Shown one piece after another: positions 1-8,952 of a stretch of 30,731 nucleotides of DNA; the first letter of the stretch is position 1, and each line of letters starts with the position of its first letter. This DNA is from a virus (Duplodnaviria; Caudoviricetes), in IMG/VR virus record IMGVR_UViG_3300032156_000054, positions 1 through 30,731 of that record; one strand, given 5' to 3'. The notes beneath the pieces are model-generated. The model saw only the letters and a list, made by a program, of their open reading frames with translations. It did not search any database and was not told the origin of the DNA. The translations under genes were made by a program, and so were the position numbers.

Positions 1-313
1 GGGTTCGGGGGCGAGAAACACCGGGGCCACAGGCGGGATTCCTTGGGGATATGTGGCAGGAGGCGGGGCTTCTGGAGGAGCCGTTGATGCGGCTGGAGCG
101 ACTGGCAGTGACGGCTCTACTTCTGGTAATCGTTGTGGTCTGGGTGGAGGGGGGGGCGGGGCTGCGAGTGGTGCGGTTGGTTTTGACGGTGGGAAGGGCG
201 GATTTCCGGGCGGGGGCGGAGGCGGCGGAGGTTCGGCCACGGGGGCCGGGGCAACGGGCGGTTCAGGGGGGCAGGGCAGCGGAGGATATTGTGAGGTTAT
301 CACGTATTTTTGA
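1..313 (+). CDS. C-terminal end of a glycine-rich phage tail/fibre protein (5'-partial)
   Basis: Frame is open from position 2 (GSGARNTGATGGIPWGYVAGGG...) to TGA at 311-313. It has GGxGG repeats ending GGSGGQGSGGYCEVITYF, the typical terminus of phage Gly-rich tail domains. Confidence 0.7.
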   Translation, partial: GSGARNTGATGGIPWGYVAGGGASGGAVDAAGATGSDGSTSGNRCGLGGGGGGAASGAVGFDGGKGGFPGGGGGGGGSATGAGATGGSGGQGSGGYCEVITYF

Positions 314-335
314 GCCGGCATAATTGAGGAGATAT

Positions 336-1370
336 ATGGGACTTTTTGGGCAGTTTGACAAACTAACTTCCAAGCCGGGGGATCAAGCGTCAGTGTTACT
401 GGCAAAGATTCTGGAACGGCTAAACGCGAACGCAAGCGCATTACCAGAGTTTGAATCTGGCAATGTGGTTGTGACGAATACGCCATTGTCGGTGTCAGAG
501 GTTTCTCCGGTCACAAGCATGACGGTGAGTAATAAGCCGCAGGTGACACTATTTGATCCAGATACAAATGAAACAGCCCAGATTTCGGATGGGCATTTGA
601 GTTCTCTGGCAGTTGATTTTCGTTTTGAAGTGGCACACACAGGGAGCTATGGGACTCAGGAGGCTTCTAACTTTCGGATTATCGGGCGAAGGGCTGGATT
701 CAACTCTACCTCGATTTTGCAGGACGTGGGAGAGTTTTTGGGGACCGCAACAGACTTGTTTCCAGTTTTGCAGGGGACGGAGGCGCTTCAGGTGGTGTCT
801 AGTTCTTCGTCTGATGCGGCAGCCGGAATCGGGGCACATACAGTTCGGATTGTGTATCTCGACACCAGCTACGACATTCAGTCTGTGGATGTCACGCTGA
901 CTGGGACTGTTCCTGTGTCCTTGGGGGCGGTGCGAATGCTTTTTGTCTATTGGATGGAGACCTTAACCGGCGGAACCTCGGAAGTGGGTGTTGGAAACAT
1001 CGACCTTCGGACGGTGAGTGGTGCAACCGTTCAGGAGCGAATTACGGCGGGAGGAAATCGCTCGCTATCCTGTCGATTCATGGTCCCAGACGACCACACT
1101 GCTTATATTGCTGAATGGGGGATTTCGGCGATTAACACGACGCAGGATGCCCGACTTCGTGCAACCGTCACCGGAGGGAGCCGGGCATTGAATAGCAAAT
1201 ACATTTTTCAGGACACCTTGTATATGGGGAATGGGCAAACGGCTTTTCAACCGCTGCCTTACCTTCGATTTCCGGCACGCTGTCAGGTAAAGGTCAGCAC
1301 GTTTCCGGGGGCAGCCCCAGCCGGCAATCGGATTGATGCTGGATTCAACGTTCTGATGATTAAGAATTGA
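336..1370 (+). CDS. Hypothetical phage virion protein (beta-rich C-terminal domain)
   Basis: Track ORF 324..1370, with a better start at ATG 336 preceded by GAGGAG (326-331). It is S/T/G/V-rich, and the segment SSSSSDAAAGIGAHTVRIVYLD..DVTLTGT resembles uncharacterised phage structural proteins (recognition only). Confidence 0.6.
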   Translation: MGLFGQFDKLTSKPGDQASVLLAKILERLNANASALPEFESGNVVVTNTPLSVSEVSPVTSMTVSNKPQVTLFDPDTNETAQISDGHLSSLAVDFRFEVAHTGSYGTQEASNFRIIGRRAGFNSTSILQDVGEFLGTATDLFPVLQGTEALQVVSSSSSDAAAGIGAHTVRIVYLDTSYDIQSVDVTLTGTVPVSLGAVRMLFVYWMETLTGGTSEVGVGNIDLRTVSGATVQERITAGGNRSLSCRFMVPDDHTAYIAEWGISAINTTQDARLRATVTGGSRALNSKYIFQDTLYMGNGQTAFQPLPYLRFPARCQVKVSTFPGAAPAGNRIDAGFNVLMIKN

Positions 1371-1372
1371 AC

Positions 1373-1406
1373 TTGACAACAAAGAAGGGTGTGCGAAAAT
1401 AGGGCA
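1373..1406 (+). promoter_or_regulatory. Putative sigma70-type leaderless promoter of the recombinase
   Basis: TTGACA (1373-1378), 16-bp spacer, TG-n-GAAAAT (-10 at 1395-1400). The ATG at 1406 falls at the expected +1 and there is no SD. Confidence 0.5.
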
Positions 1407-2185
1407 TGAAAGTATTCGGGTATGTGCGGGTGAGTGGAACGGCTCAGGTTGATGGAGATGGCCCGGTGAGGCAGATGCGGGCCATTGAGGGATTCTGCAA
1501 GACGAACGGCCTGGAATTCTCGGAGCATTTTTCCGAGCAGATTTCAGGAAAGGTGGAGGGTTTGGATCGTCCTGAGTTTGCGCGAATGCTGGACGAGGCA
1601 GCCGAACGCGGAGTTGGGATCATAGTGGTTGAACGGCTGGACCGGCTGGCGCGCGACCTGATGGTGAGCGAGTTGCTGCTTCGGGAACTCAAGAAGCAGG
1701 GATTGAAGCTTTTTGCGTCTGATCAAGGGTTGGTGGATCTCTGTGACGTTACGGGAGATCCGACACGAAAGTTGATCCGGCAGATCATGGGCGCCTTGGC
1801 GGAGTGGGAGCGGTCGATGATCGTGCTGAAACTCGGAGCCGCCCGGAAGCGGAAAAAGGAACGGGACGGTCGATGTGAAGGGGCCAAGCCTTTTGGGGCA
1901 TATCCGAAGGAGGCAATCGCCCTGGGGGCAATGCTTCAGTTCGCGCGCGAAGGGGTGCCGAACAAAGAGATTGCGCGGGCCTTGAACGAGAACGCGCTGT
2001 GCCGGCGCAATGGAAAATTGTGGGATGGAGACGCCGTTTATCAAACGCTGAAGCTTCAATTGGGGCAGGGATTCGTTCGGGAGATCCAGCTTAGACTGAG
2101 CACCTCGGAACCTGATCCACAGTTCTGTGGAGTGAATCCGATTCACCCCGCCGTCAGCTTCGACGGAGGGAAGGAGGCGTTATGA
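1406..2185 (+). CDS. Serine recombinase (resolvase/invertase family) with C-terminal DNA-binding region
   Basis: N-terminal VFGYVRVS (catalytic Ser), E-x-ISG...DRPEF and IVVERLDRLAR motifs, helix E (IMGALAEWERSMI), and an HTH-like KEIARALN...GKLW. 259 aa. Confidence 0.92.
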   Translation: MKVFGYVRVSGTAQVDGDGPVRQMRAIEGFCKTNGLEFSEHFSEQISGKVEGLDRPEFARMLDEAAERGVGIIVVERLDRLARDLMVSELLLRELKKQGLKLFASDQGLVDLCDVTGDPTRKLIRQIMGALAEWERSMIVLKLGAARKRKKERDGRCEGAKPFGAYPKEAIALGAMLQFAREGVPNKEIARALNENALCRRNGKLWDGDAVYQTLKLQLGQGFVREIQLRLSTSEPDPQFCGVNPIHPAVSFDGGKEAL

Positions 2186-2222
2186 CGTAGTAGCGCCCAT
2201 TCCTTTCATTTCGATTTTTTGT

Positions 2223-2253
2223 GGCCGGGGCAGATGCTCCGGCCTTGTTGTTT
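2223..2253 (+). terminator. Rho-independent terminator after the recombinase
   Basis: GGCCGGGGC-AGAT-GCTCCGGCC forms a 9-bp stem (one G-U), followed by TTGTTGTTT. Confidence 0.65.
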
Positions 2254-2266
2254 GCAACACTGTTTT
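2252..2266 (+). promoter_or_regulatory. Recurrent intergenic motif TTG-N3-CACTGTTTT (candidate phage late promoter), copy 1
   Basis: TTGCAACACTGTTTT is 13/15 identical to the copy at 5084-5098 and ends 2 nt before the tRNA-like element. Confidence 0.45.
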
Positions 2267-2268
2267 TT

Positions 2269-2341
2269 GGCCGGGTAGCCCAAGCAGAGGCAGCGGGATA
2301 CAAACCGCCAAAGTGTGGGGTTCCAAACCCCACCCCGGTCA
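2269..2341 (+). tRNA. Non-canonical or degenerate tRNA-like element (identity unclear)
   Basis: Acceptor GGCCGGG/CCCGGTC+A; T8A9; D-arm GCC..GGC; anticodon arm GCGG-GATACAAA-CCGC; T-arm GTGGGG-TTCCAAA-CCCCAC. No encoded CCA. 73 nt. Confidence 0.65.
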
Positions 2342-2351
2342 ACGTGTTTTC

Positions 2352-4277
2352 ATGCTACCAGACGGACAACTGAAAAGAGTAGTGCAAGAGGTGACTCGCC
2401 TTTTGCATTCGGGGGACCGCAAGTCTGCGGCTCGTCTTGCCTTGGAGATGGGCCACATTCGTCAGAATATCGACTCAGACGATCCGTCGGTTTGCAATCC
2501 GCCACTGATCGAGATGCTGCACTGGCTCCTGAACAACGACGGAATGGAGGAGGCCGCGCAGCTTCTTTGGTCTCCTCGGCTGTTTGATCCCCGCCCTCGA
2601 TGCACACAGGACGTGTGGAAGTTTTTCTCAGAGTGCTCTTTTGGGCTTCTAATGGGAGCCGCGAGCATGAGTAAGAGCTACACGATGGGTGTTCGGCTGT
2701 TGCTGGAGTGGGTTCGTGATCCTGAGTGGACGACGGTGAAGGTGCTGGGGCCGAGCGAGCAGCACTTGGAGGACAACCTGTTTTCTCATCTTGTGGCGCT
2801 GCACCGTGGATCGCAGCTTCCGTTGCCGGGGGAGGTTGGAGAACTGTTTATCGGGCTTGATCGCAGGAATCGAGTTTCGTCGATTTCGGGGGTGATCATT
2901 CCGGTAGGGCAGGCAAAGAAGGCGGGGAGGCTTCAAGGCGCAAAACGGAAACCTCGACCGACAGAACACTCTACTTTTGGGGACTTGTCCCGGATGTTCA
3001 TCTTCCTCGACGAAATTGCGAACATCCCGACGGGTGTCTGGGGGGACATTGACAACGTGATGTCCAACCTGGATCAAGTGGACACGCAGGGCTTGAAGAT
3101 ATTCGGGGCGTTCAATCCAACTAATCAACATGATGAGGTAGGTAAACGGTGTCAGCCCCCGTTCGGTTGGGAGAGTTTTGATATTGACCAGCACTATCGG
3201 TGGATTTCGGTTCGGGGGTGGGAGGTGCTTCGGCTCGATGCGCTGAGATGCGAAAACGTGGTTGAGGGAAAGCTGATCTATCCGGGGCTTCAAACCAAGG
3301 TTGGCGTGGACCGGATCACCAAGAATTCCGGGGGAACAAATTCTGCCGGCTACTACGCGATGGTTCGCGCTGCTTTTCCGCCGATTGGGATGGTGATGTC
3401 TGTGATACCCCAGGGGATGCTGGTGAAATCGCGCGGGGAATTCATTTGGGCGGACGAGCCAGAACCGGTCGGCGGGTGTGATCTGGCGCTTGAAGGCGGC
3501 TCAGGGGCGGTCTATACAAAGGGACTTTGGGGGAGGGCCAGCGGGATGAAGCGACCGCCATCGGTTGAGCATCCGAAGGGCGAAACGATCATGTTCAAGG
3601 GTCCAACCGGAACGGTAATGCCGAGGTGGGCCTTGCAGATCGACTCTCAGTTTGTCATTCCGAAAGGGGACACCCGCAAGGTGACGGATTCAGTGATTTC
3701 GGTGAGCAAGAAAGCCGGCATCAAGGGGAGGGCGCTTGGGCTGGATCGAACCGGACATGGCGCCGGTGTGGCGGATCTGGTGAAGTCTGAATGGTCTTCA
3801 GAAGTTCAGGATGTCAACTACTCGGAGTCGGCTTCGGATTCCAAGGTTATGGAGGAGGACACCAAGACGGCTAAAGAACAGTATGGCCGGGTGGTGAGTG
3901 AACTTTGGTTTGCCTTGCGGGCCTTTATGGAGTTCGGCTACCTCTTGATTTCGCCGGCAGTGGACATGGACAAGCTGTCGCAGCAGATGACACAACGGTT
4001 TTTCCGGTTGCAGGGTGGGAGGTCACTTGTTGAGAGTAAGGCCGACTACAAGTCTCGGGGATTTCCGTCACCGGATGAAGCAGATTCACTGACCCTGGTA
4101 GTCCACGCAGTCCGGCGATTTCACAATTCTCCGCTAAGCATGAAAGGGAGTGGGGAGATCGCGGAGGAAGAAGACGACTGGAGCGAGGTGCGGTATCCGA
4201 ACGGCGTTCGGATAGATCCGACGAATCGGACGGACTTTTTGGATGAGCGAGTGGGAGAACGATATTATGACCTTTAA
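2352..4277 (+). CDS. Terminase large subunit
   Basis: Walker A-like LLMGAASMSKS, Walker B MFIFLDE, RNase H-like nuclease motifs (GGCDLA, GLDRTGHG) and C-terminal ESK...SPDEADSL. Start moved from GTG 2313 (inside the tRNA-like element) to ATG 2352. Confidence 0.88.
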   Translation: MLPDGQLKRVVQEVTRLLHSGDRKSAARLALEMGHIRQNIDSDDPSVCNPPLIEMLHWLLNNDGMEEAAQLLWSPRLFDPRPRCTQDVWKFFSECSFGLLMGAASMSKSYTMGVRLLLEWVRDPEWTTVKVLGPSEQHLEDNLFSHLVALHRGSQLPLPGEVGELFIGLDRRNRVSSISGVIIPVGQAKKAGRLQGAKRKPRPTEHSTFGDLSRMFIFLDEIANIPTGVWGDIDNVMSNLDQVDTQGLKIFGAFNPTNQHDEVGKRCQPPFGWESFDIDQHYRWISVRGWEVLRLDALRCENVVEGKLIYPGLQTKVGVDRITKNSGGTNSAGYYAMVRAAFPPIGMVMSVIPQGMLVKSRGEFIWADEPEPVGGCDLALEGGSGAVYTKGLWGRASGMKRPPSVEHPKGETIMFKGPTGTVMPRWALQIDSQFVIPKGDTRKVTDSVISVSKKAGIKGRALGLDRTGHGAGVADLVKSEWSSEVQDVNYSESASDSKVMEEDTKTAKEQYGRVVSELWFALRAFMEFGYLLISPAVDMDKLSQQMTQRFFRLQGGRSLVESKADYKSRGFPSPDEADSLTLVVHAVRRFHNSPLSMKGSGEIAEEEDDWSEVRYPNGVRIDPTNRTDFLDERVGERYYDL

Positions 4278-4833
4278 AATGAATCCTAATATCTATCCTC
4301 CGGGTGGATTTGTGTTTCGGGAGCGGGACGGAACCATGATCCGTGCTGGAAGCTGGAAGGCGGTCGTTACTCGAACAAAGGCTTACCGAAAGCGGAATGT
4401 CCTGGAGGTTGGGGACGTTGAGAAGGAAGTGATGGATCAGGCGTGTGCCGCGAGCCCAGACTTGTGTCAGCGGGTAAACACTGAGGCAGTTCCCGTTCCA
4501 AGGACGCTCAAAAGCCGGGTGTTTGCCTGGTTGAACGATTGGCGGAAAGAGAAAAAGAACAATCCAGTTCGGTATGTGTCCGACGCGGAGGCGGAGCGGA
4601 GAGCCAAGATTTGTCAAGGATGTGGATTCCAGAGGGCTGTCGGCGGCGGATGCTCGTCTTGTGCTGCCTTTTTGAAAGCTTCTCGAAAGGAGATCCTTGA
4701 GAAGGTTCCTGCCCAGACCTCGGTCGGGGCGTGTGCCGTTTTGAATTCGGACCTCCCCACGGCGGTTCATTTGGATGAAATCGCCATCCGGCATACTGAG
4801 TTGCCGGGGCATTGCTGGAGGAAGGCCCAATGA
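4267..4833 (+). CDS. Cys-rich hypothetical protein (putative Zn-binding)
   Basis: CQGC, CSSC, CAV and HCW motifs. ATG 4267 has GGGAG upstream and overlaps the terminase end. Confidence 0.7.
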   Translation: MTFKMNPNIYPPGGFVFRERDGTMIRAGSWKAVVTRTKAYRKRNVLEVGDVEKEVMDQACAASPDLCQRVNTEAVPVPRTLKSRVFAWLNDWRKEKKNNPVRYVSDAEAERRAKICQGCGFQRAVGGGCSSCAAFLKASRKEILEKVPAQTSVGACAVLNSDLPTAVHLDEIAIRHTELPGHCWRKAQ

Positions 4834-5087
4834 GATTTCCAAACCCGTTTCGAGCCCTGGGGTCCATGTGCGTGTTGCTGTATGCAAAGTGCAGAGGATA
4901 TGAGGTATTTGCTTCTGATCCAGTGGTAAAGGTTCGCTGGGAGAAGTGTGAGATCTGTCGGGATCGGTGCCCGTTGACTAATCAATGTGACTTGTGCTCG
5001 TGCTTTTTGGATGCCAAGATCCCGTTGGCGACCGAGCGATGCCCGGCCAAAAAGTGGTTTCGTGTTTGGATTAAACGTCTTCATTGA
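4830..5087 (+). CDS. Small Zn-ribbon-like protein (DUF6171-like pattern)
   Basis: ATGA overlap with the previous gene; pattern CEICRDRC...CDLCSC..K......CP..KW. Confidence 0.7.
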   Translation: MRFPNPFRALGSMCVLLYAKCRGYEVFASDPVVKVRWEKCEICRDRCPLTNQCDLCSCFLDAKIPLATERCPAKKWFRVWIKRLH

Positions 5088-5098
5088 CACACTGTTTT
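5084..5098 (+). promoter_or_regulatory. Recurrent intergenic motif, copy 2
   Basis: TTGACACACTGTTTT lies 4 nt upstream of the portal ATG (5103), with no SD. Confidence 0.45.
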
Positions 5099-5102
5099 AC
5101 GT

Positions 5103-7262
5103 ATGGAAGCCGGATCGCCAATGGCATCAGTTCAGAGCCCGCCCAATATCGGGGGGTTCACAGCAGGGTTGATCAACTCGCCGAATTTTGACGGCAAGGG
5201 GAAGCGGCAAGTCCGCAGTGTGAAAGATGCGGGTCAGGCGATGAACCTGATTCGATACCTCATTCAGGCAAACCGGCAGCGCATGATCATCAACTCCCGG
5301 ATCATGGCAAAATACAATGCCGAGAAGCCGTATGATCAGACGACTTTGGAGCAGGAGGGACTTGGCTGGCGCTCGAACTTCACCACGAAGCCGCTTCCGT
5401 CGATGATTGAGAAGGTGTCCCCGCGCTTTGTGGATGCTATCAACGGGATGAAGTATTTGACAAACGCGACGCTCCCTCCGGCGTTTGACGGGGCCACGGT
5501 CAAGACAGAAAGTTTTCGTTCCGGGATCACCAAGTTGATCCGGCGTCGAAAGGGCTGGGTCAACCTACTGGACGACATATCACAGGATAATGCACTGTTT
5601 GGGTTTACGGTCGTCGGCTGGTTGGACAAGTATCTGTGGTTTCCGAGGCACTTCAAGCAGGACGACATTTTTATGACCACGGGCACGCGCCAGCAGCCCA
5701 GCGGAACGCAGATTGTCGTGTTGCGGGAGTTGTTTCTTCCCCACGAGCTTTTCGAGTTTGTTGAAGATAGAGAGGCAGCGGACACAGCCGGATGGAACGT
5801 TCCGAACGTTTTGACTGCGGTGAACGAGGCGTCACCGGCCCAACTTCGGGTGAACTACGGGGGATCGCCGGAGATCTGGTATCAGAACATGTGGCGGGAG
5901 TTGAATGTCGGAGCGTCCTTCATGGATGGGGCGCGCGTGATCGTGTGCTATTCACTTCTGGCGCGCGAGGTGGATGGGAAGGTGTCCCATTATCGTCTGG
6001 CTGGCGACCGCCTGGACGAGATCTACACGATGGAGGACAAGTTCGACAACATGGATGAGGCGTTGGCCTATTTTACATTTCAGAAAGGCAACTCGACGAT
6101 GCTGGGATCGAAGGGAATCGGGCGCGAGATCTATGAGATGGCTGGCATGGTGGACCGGTGTCGCAACGAAATCGCAGACCGGTTGATCCTTTCTGGGAAG
6201 ACCATGATTCAGGGCGACTTGAAGCACCTCAACCGGTTCAAGATGTCGGTGGTTGGGGCGGCGGTGCTGATTGGGCAGGGTTGGAACGTGCTCGAACAGA
6301 AGTTTGACGGGAATGTGGAGGCGTTTATGAAGTTCGACGCCTACATGTCGCTGCTTGTCGATCAGTTGATCGGTGCGGTTTCACCCCCAAGGCCCGAAGG
6401 GGGCGAAGCATTTCGCTCTCCGGCTGCCTGGCAGTTGTTGGCTTCGCGCGAAGAGGAGGGGAGAGACGCCCGGATTTCTCGGTTTTTGCGCTTCTTCACC
6501 GACATGATAGGGACGATGACCAAGAGGATCTGCGACAGGGAAACTTTGGAGGACGATGCCAAGGAATTTCAGAAGGACATGCTGAAGGTGATGAGCCGGG
6601 AGGAGCTTGAAGAACTGGCGAAGCAGCCGGTTGCTGAGACGGTGCGGGATCTGACTCCGACACAGCGGCAGTTGGTGGTCCAGATTGCGACAGAGAAGCG
6701 GGGGAATCCGCTTTACAACCAGCGGCAGCTTGAAGAAGAGGATTTGGCGGCTCGGGTTGGTTCTGATTTTGCAAAAAAGGTGTTGCTGCCGGAAGACGAT
6801 CCCACTGAGAAGGCAGAGCAGCAGCGGCTTCAGCAGATGGAACTCAACATGTTGACCAATGGGCAACCGGTGCCGGTGTCGCCGAGGGACAACCACAGGA
6901 TTCATCTGGAGATGCTCATGCCGGTAACAGAGAAGATGGGGTCGGCGCTGGCCGCAGGGCAGGCGGACACCGCTTCTTTTGAAGCAGTGGTTGCTCACAT
7001 CAACGAGCACTACAACCGGGCGCTTTCTCAAGGCGTCAAAAAGGAAGAATTGGCCCGGATTGCGGATTTTCTGAAGAAAGCCATGCCGATGATTGAGCAA
7101 CTGAAGGCTCTGGACGCGAAAGCGCAGGAGGTTGCGCAGGCGGGACAGACCATTGACCAAGAAGGACAGCTTGGAGGACCGCTTAGCGTCATGCACATGT
7201 CGGCACAGGATGCCGCCCACCAACATTTAGCCGGATTGGCCGCGCCGCCGGCAGCCGTTTGA
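5103..7262 (+). CDS. Portal protein (putative)
   Basis: 719 aa, located between terminase and scaffold/capsid. It has a helical Q/E-rich C-terminal extension (barrel-like as in P22-type portals) and a PVPVSPRDNHRIH motif. Assigned from synteny and size. Confidence 0.72.
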   Translation: MEAGSPMASVQSPPNIGGFTAGLINSPNFDGKGKRQVRSVKDAGQAMNLIRYLIQANRQRMIINSRIMAKYNAEKPYDQTTLEQEGLGWRSNFTTKPLPSMIEKVSPRFVDAINGMKYLTNATLPPAFDGATVKTESFRSGITKLIRRRKGWVNLLDDISQDNALFGFTVVGWLDKYLWFPRHFKQDDIFMTTGTRQQPSGTQIVVLRELFLPHELFEFVEDREAADTAGWNVPNVLTAVNEASPAQLRVNYGGSPEIWYQNMWRELNVGASFMDGARVIVCYSLLAREVDGKVSHYRLAGDRLDEIYTMEDKFDNMDEALAYFTFQKGNSTMLGSKGIGREIYEMAGMVDRCRNEIADRLILSGKTMIQGDLKHLNRFKMSVVGAAVLIGQGWNVLEQKFDGNVEAFMKFDAYMSLLVDQLIGAVSPPRPEGGEAFRSPAAWQLLASREEEGRDARISRFLRFFTDMIGTMTKRICDRETLEDDAKEFQKDMLKVMSREELEELAKQPVAETVRDLTPTQRQLVVQIATEKRGNPLYNQRQLEEEDLAARVGSDFAKKVLLPEDDPTEKAEQQRLQQMELNMLTNGQPVPVSPRDNHRIHLEMLMPVTEKMGSALAAGQADTASFEAVVAHINEHYNRALSQGVKKEELARIADFLKKAMPMIEQLKALDAKAQEVAQAGQTIDQEGQLGGPLSVMHMSAQDAAHQHLAGLAAPPAAV

Positions 7263-7286
7263 GTTTTGTGAACCCTAACACCCCCC

Positions 7287-7604
7287 ATGCTACTGACAAA
7301 CGACGAATTGCCCTGGACATCTGAGGATGTAGTGAACCTGCGGAACTTTCTGACTACGGTCACGGGTTCCCGGCTGCTTCCGCGCGTGCTCAACGAGGCC
7401 CCAACCCTCCTTGGAAAAGGAGACGTGAATGAAATCCTCATCCGGTCTGGAGAAGTTCGAGGATTTCAAGCCGCCGCGCGCGAATTTTTCAATCTTGCTT
7501 ACCCGCCGAAGCAGGAAAATCGGGAGGTGCCCACATACCCTCCGTTAAACGACGACACAGCTTGGAACGACGGGCAGAAACTCACTCAAACCGACACTAA
7601 GTAA
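7287..7604 (+). CDS. Hypothetical protein (portal-scaffold intervening gene)
   Basis: 105-aa ORF that fills the gap, with protein-like composition. Confidence 0.7.
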   Translation: MLLTNDELPWTSEDVVNLRNFLTTVTGSRLLPRVLNEAPTLLGKGDVNEILIRSGEVRGFQAAAREFFNLAYPPKQENREVPTYPPLNDDTAWNDGQKLTQTDTK

Positions 7605-7608
7605 ATTT

Positions 7609-8952
7609 ATGGCAGACGAAATCAAACCTAATACCCTCTCGCCGGAAGAAGTTGCGGCGAAAAACGCAGAAGTTGCGGCGAAACAGGCCGCGCAGGATGT
7701 TTCGGGGCAACCCACCAACAAACCGGACGATTTGGCGAGCGCCGAATCGGCTTTGGACAAGTTGGCGGCAGAAGTCTCGAAGAAAAACGAGGAAACAGAA
7801 GAGACCCCGGCACTTGTCACCCCGAAACCGGATGACGAGGCGGCAGCGAAGAAGGCGGAGGAGGAAGCCGCCACAAAAAAGGCTGAAGAAGACGCCGCAG
7901 CGCAAAAGCGCCTGGAGGAATCCAAGAAGGCTGATGAAATCTTCAAGGACGTGCAGCTTCCGCCGGGGGCTCGTCCGAAATCATCTGAGGCTTTTGCGGC
8001 AATCAAGATCCGGGCCACTCAGGAGATCGCCGCACGAGAGAAGCAGCTTGAGGAGTTGAAGAAAGCGAACGAGGATCTTCAAGCGAAGCTGAAAAACCCG
8101 GTGCCAAAGGAGGTCGAGGATGAATTGGCCAACCTTCGGCAATTCCGGGCGAAGTTCGACATCGAGGCGGACCCGAAGTTCAAAGAATACGACGCGGCGA
8201 ACGATAAGGCGGCGAATTTCATCTATGCCAAGCTGCTTGGCACGGGAAAGATCACCGAAGAGCACATCAAGGACATCAAGAAGTATGGCGGGCCACTTGG
8301 AGTGAATTTTGCCCCCATTTTCGAGACCATCGGGGACACCCAGACGCAGCGGTTGATCGAGTCTCAACTGGTGGACATGGAGCGGAACCAATACGAGAAG
8401 CAGGAAGCCATCAAGGCCGCGCAGGCAAACGTCGGCGGATACATCAAGTCTCGGGAAGAGGAGCAGACAAAGGCCATGTCTGCCCACAATGAGCAGACAC
8501 AGCAGCATCTTGGGCAGCTTTTGTCGGGGTTTGACTGGTTGAACGAGAAGAAGGCCGGAGCTGGAGCGGAAGAAGGAGCCCGGAAGTCGGTGGAAGACCA
8601 CAATGCTTTTGTGAAGGAGACGCGAGGATACCTTGCCAAGTCCCTGGTGGACGACTCTGCTGAAATGCGAGCCATTCTGATTGCTGGCATGGGCAAGCTT
8701 CTGTGGCTTCAGAGGACACACGAAGGGACGAGGGCCGAACTGGCGACGGCAAAGAAGCAATTGGAGGACGTGACGGCGCGTTTGGAGAGCATCAAGAAGG
8801 CGGGCACGACCCGGTTGCGAGGTGAGAAGGAGCCGACAACGGCGAAAAACGTGGACCTGGGGAAGGGGAACGACTTCACCAAGCCGGCGACGCAGGCCCT
8901 CGATGACATTGCGCGCGAGATTGCTGAAAAGCGTCAGGCTGCCGGACGATGA
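7609..8952 (+). CDS. Capsid scaffolding protein (putative)
   Basis: Highly charged A/E/K-rich coiled-coil, low-complexity N-terminus, upstream of the capsid gene. Confidence 0.65.
   Translation: MADEIKPNTLSPEEVAAKNAEVAAKQAAQDVSGQPTNKPDDLASAESALDKLAAEVSKKNEETEETPALVTPKPDDEAAAKKAEEEAATKKAEEDAAAQKRLEESKKADEIFKDVQLPPGARPKSSEAFAAIKIRATQEIAAREKQLEELKKANEDLQAKLKNPVPKEVEDELANLRQFRAKFDIEADPKFKEYDAANDKAANFIYAKLLGTGKITEEHIKDIKKYGGPLGVNFAPIFETIGDTQTQRLIESQLVDMERNQYEKQEAIKAAQANVGGYIKSREEEQTKAMSAHNEQTQQHLGQLLSGFDWLNEKKAGAGAEEGARKSVEDHNAFVKETRGYLAKSLVDDSAEMRAILIAGMGKLLWLQRTHEGTRAELATAKKQLEDVTARLESIKKAGTTRLRGEKEPTTAKNVDLGKGNDFTKPATQALDDIAREIAEKRQAAGR

Noticed and set aside
1406-2185. IS607/Tn3-type mobile element
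   Set aside because: There is no N-terminal MerR-type HTH, no tnpB or transposase partner, and no terminal repeats were seen.
2313-2351. GTG start of terminase given by the ORF track
   Set aside because: It lies inside the tRNA-like cloverleaf; ATG 2352 is more plausible.
7647-7683. 16-bp repeat AGAAGTTGCGGCGAAA with 21-bp period in the scaffold gene
   Set aside because: It is an ordinary low-complexity coding duplication (EVAAK x2).
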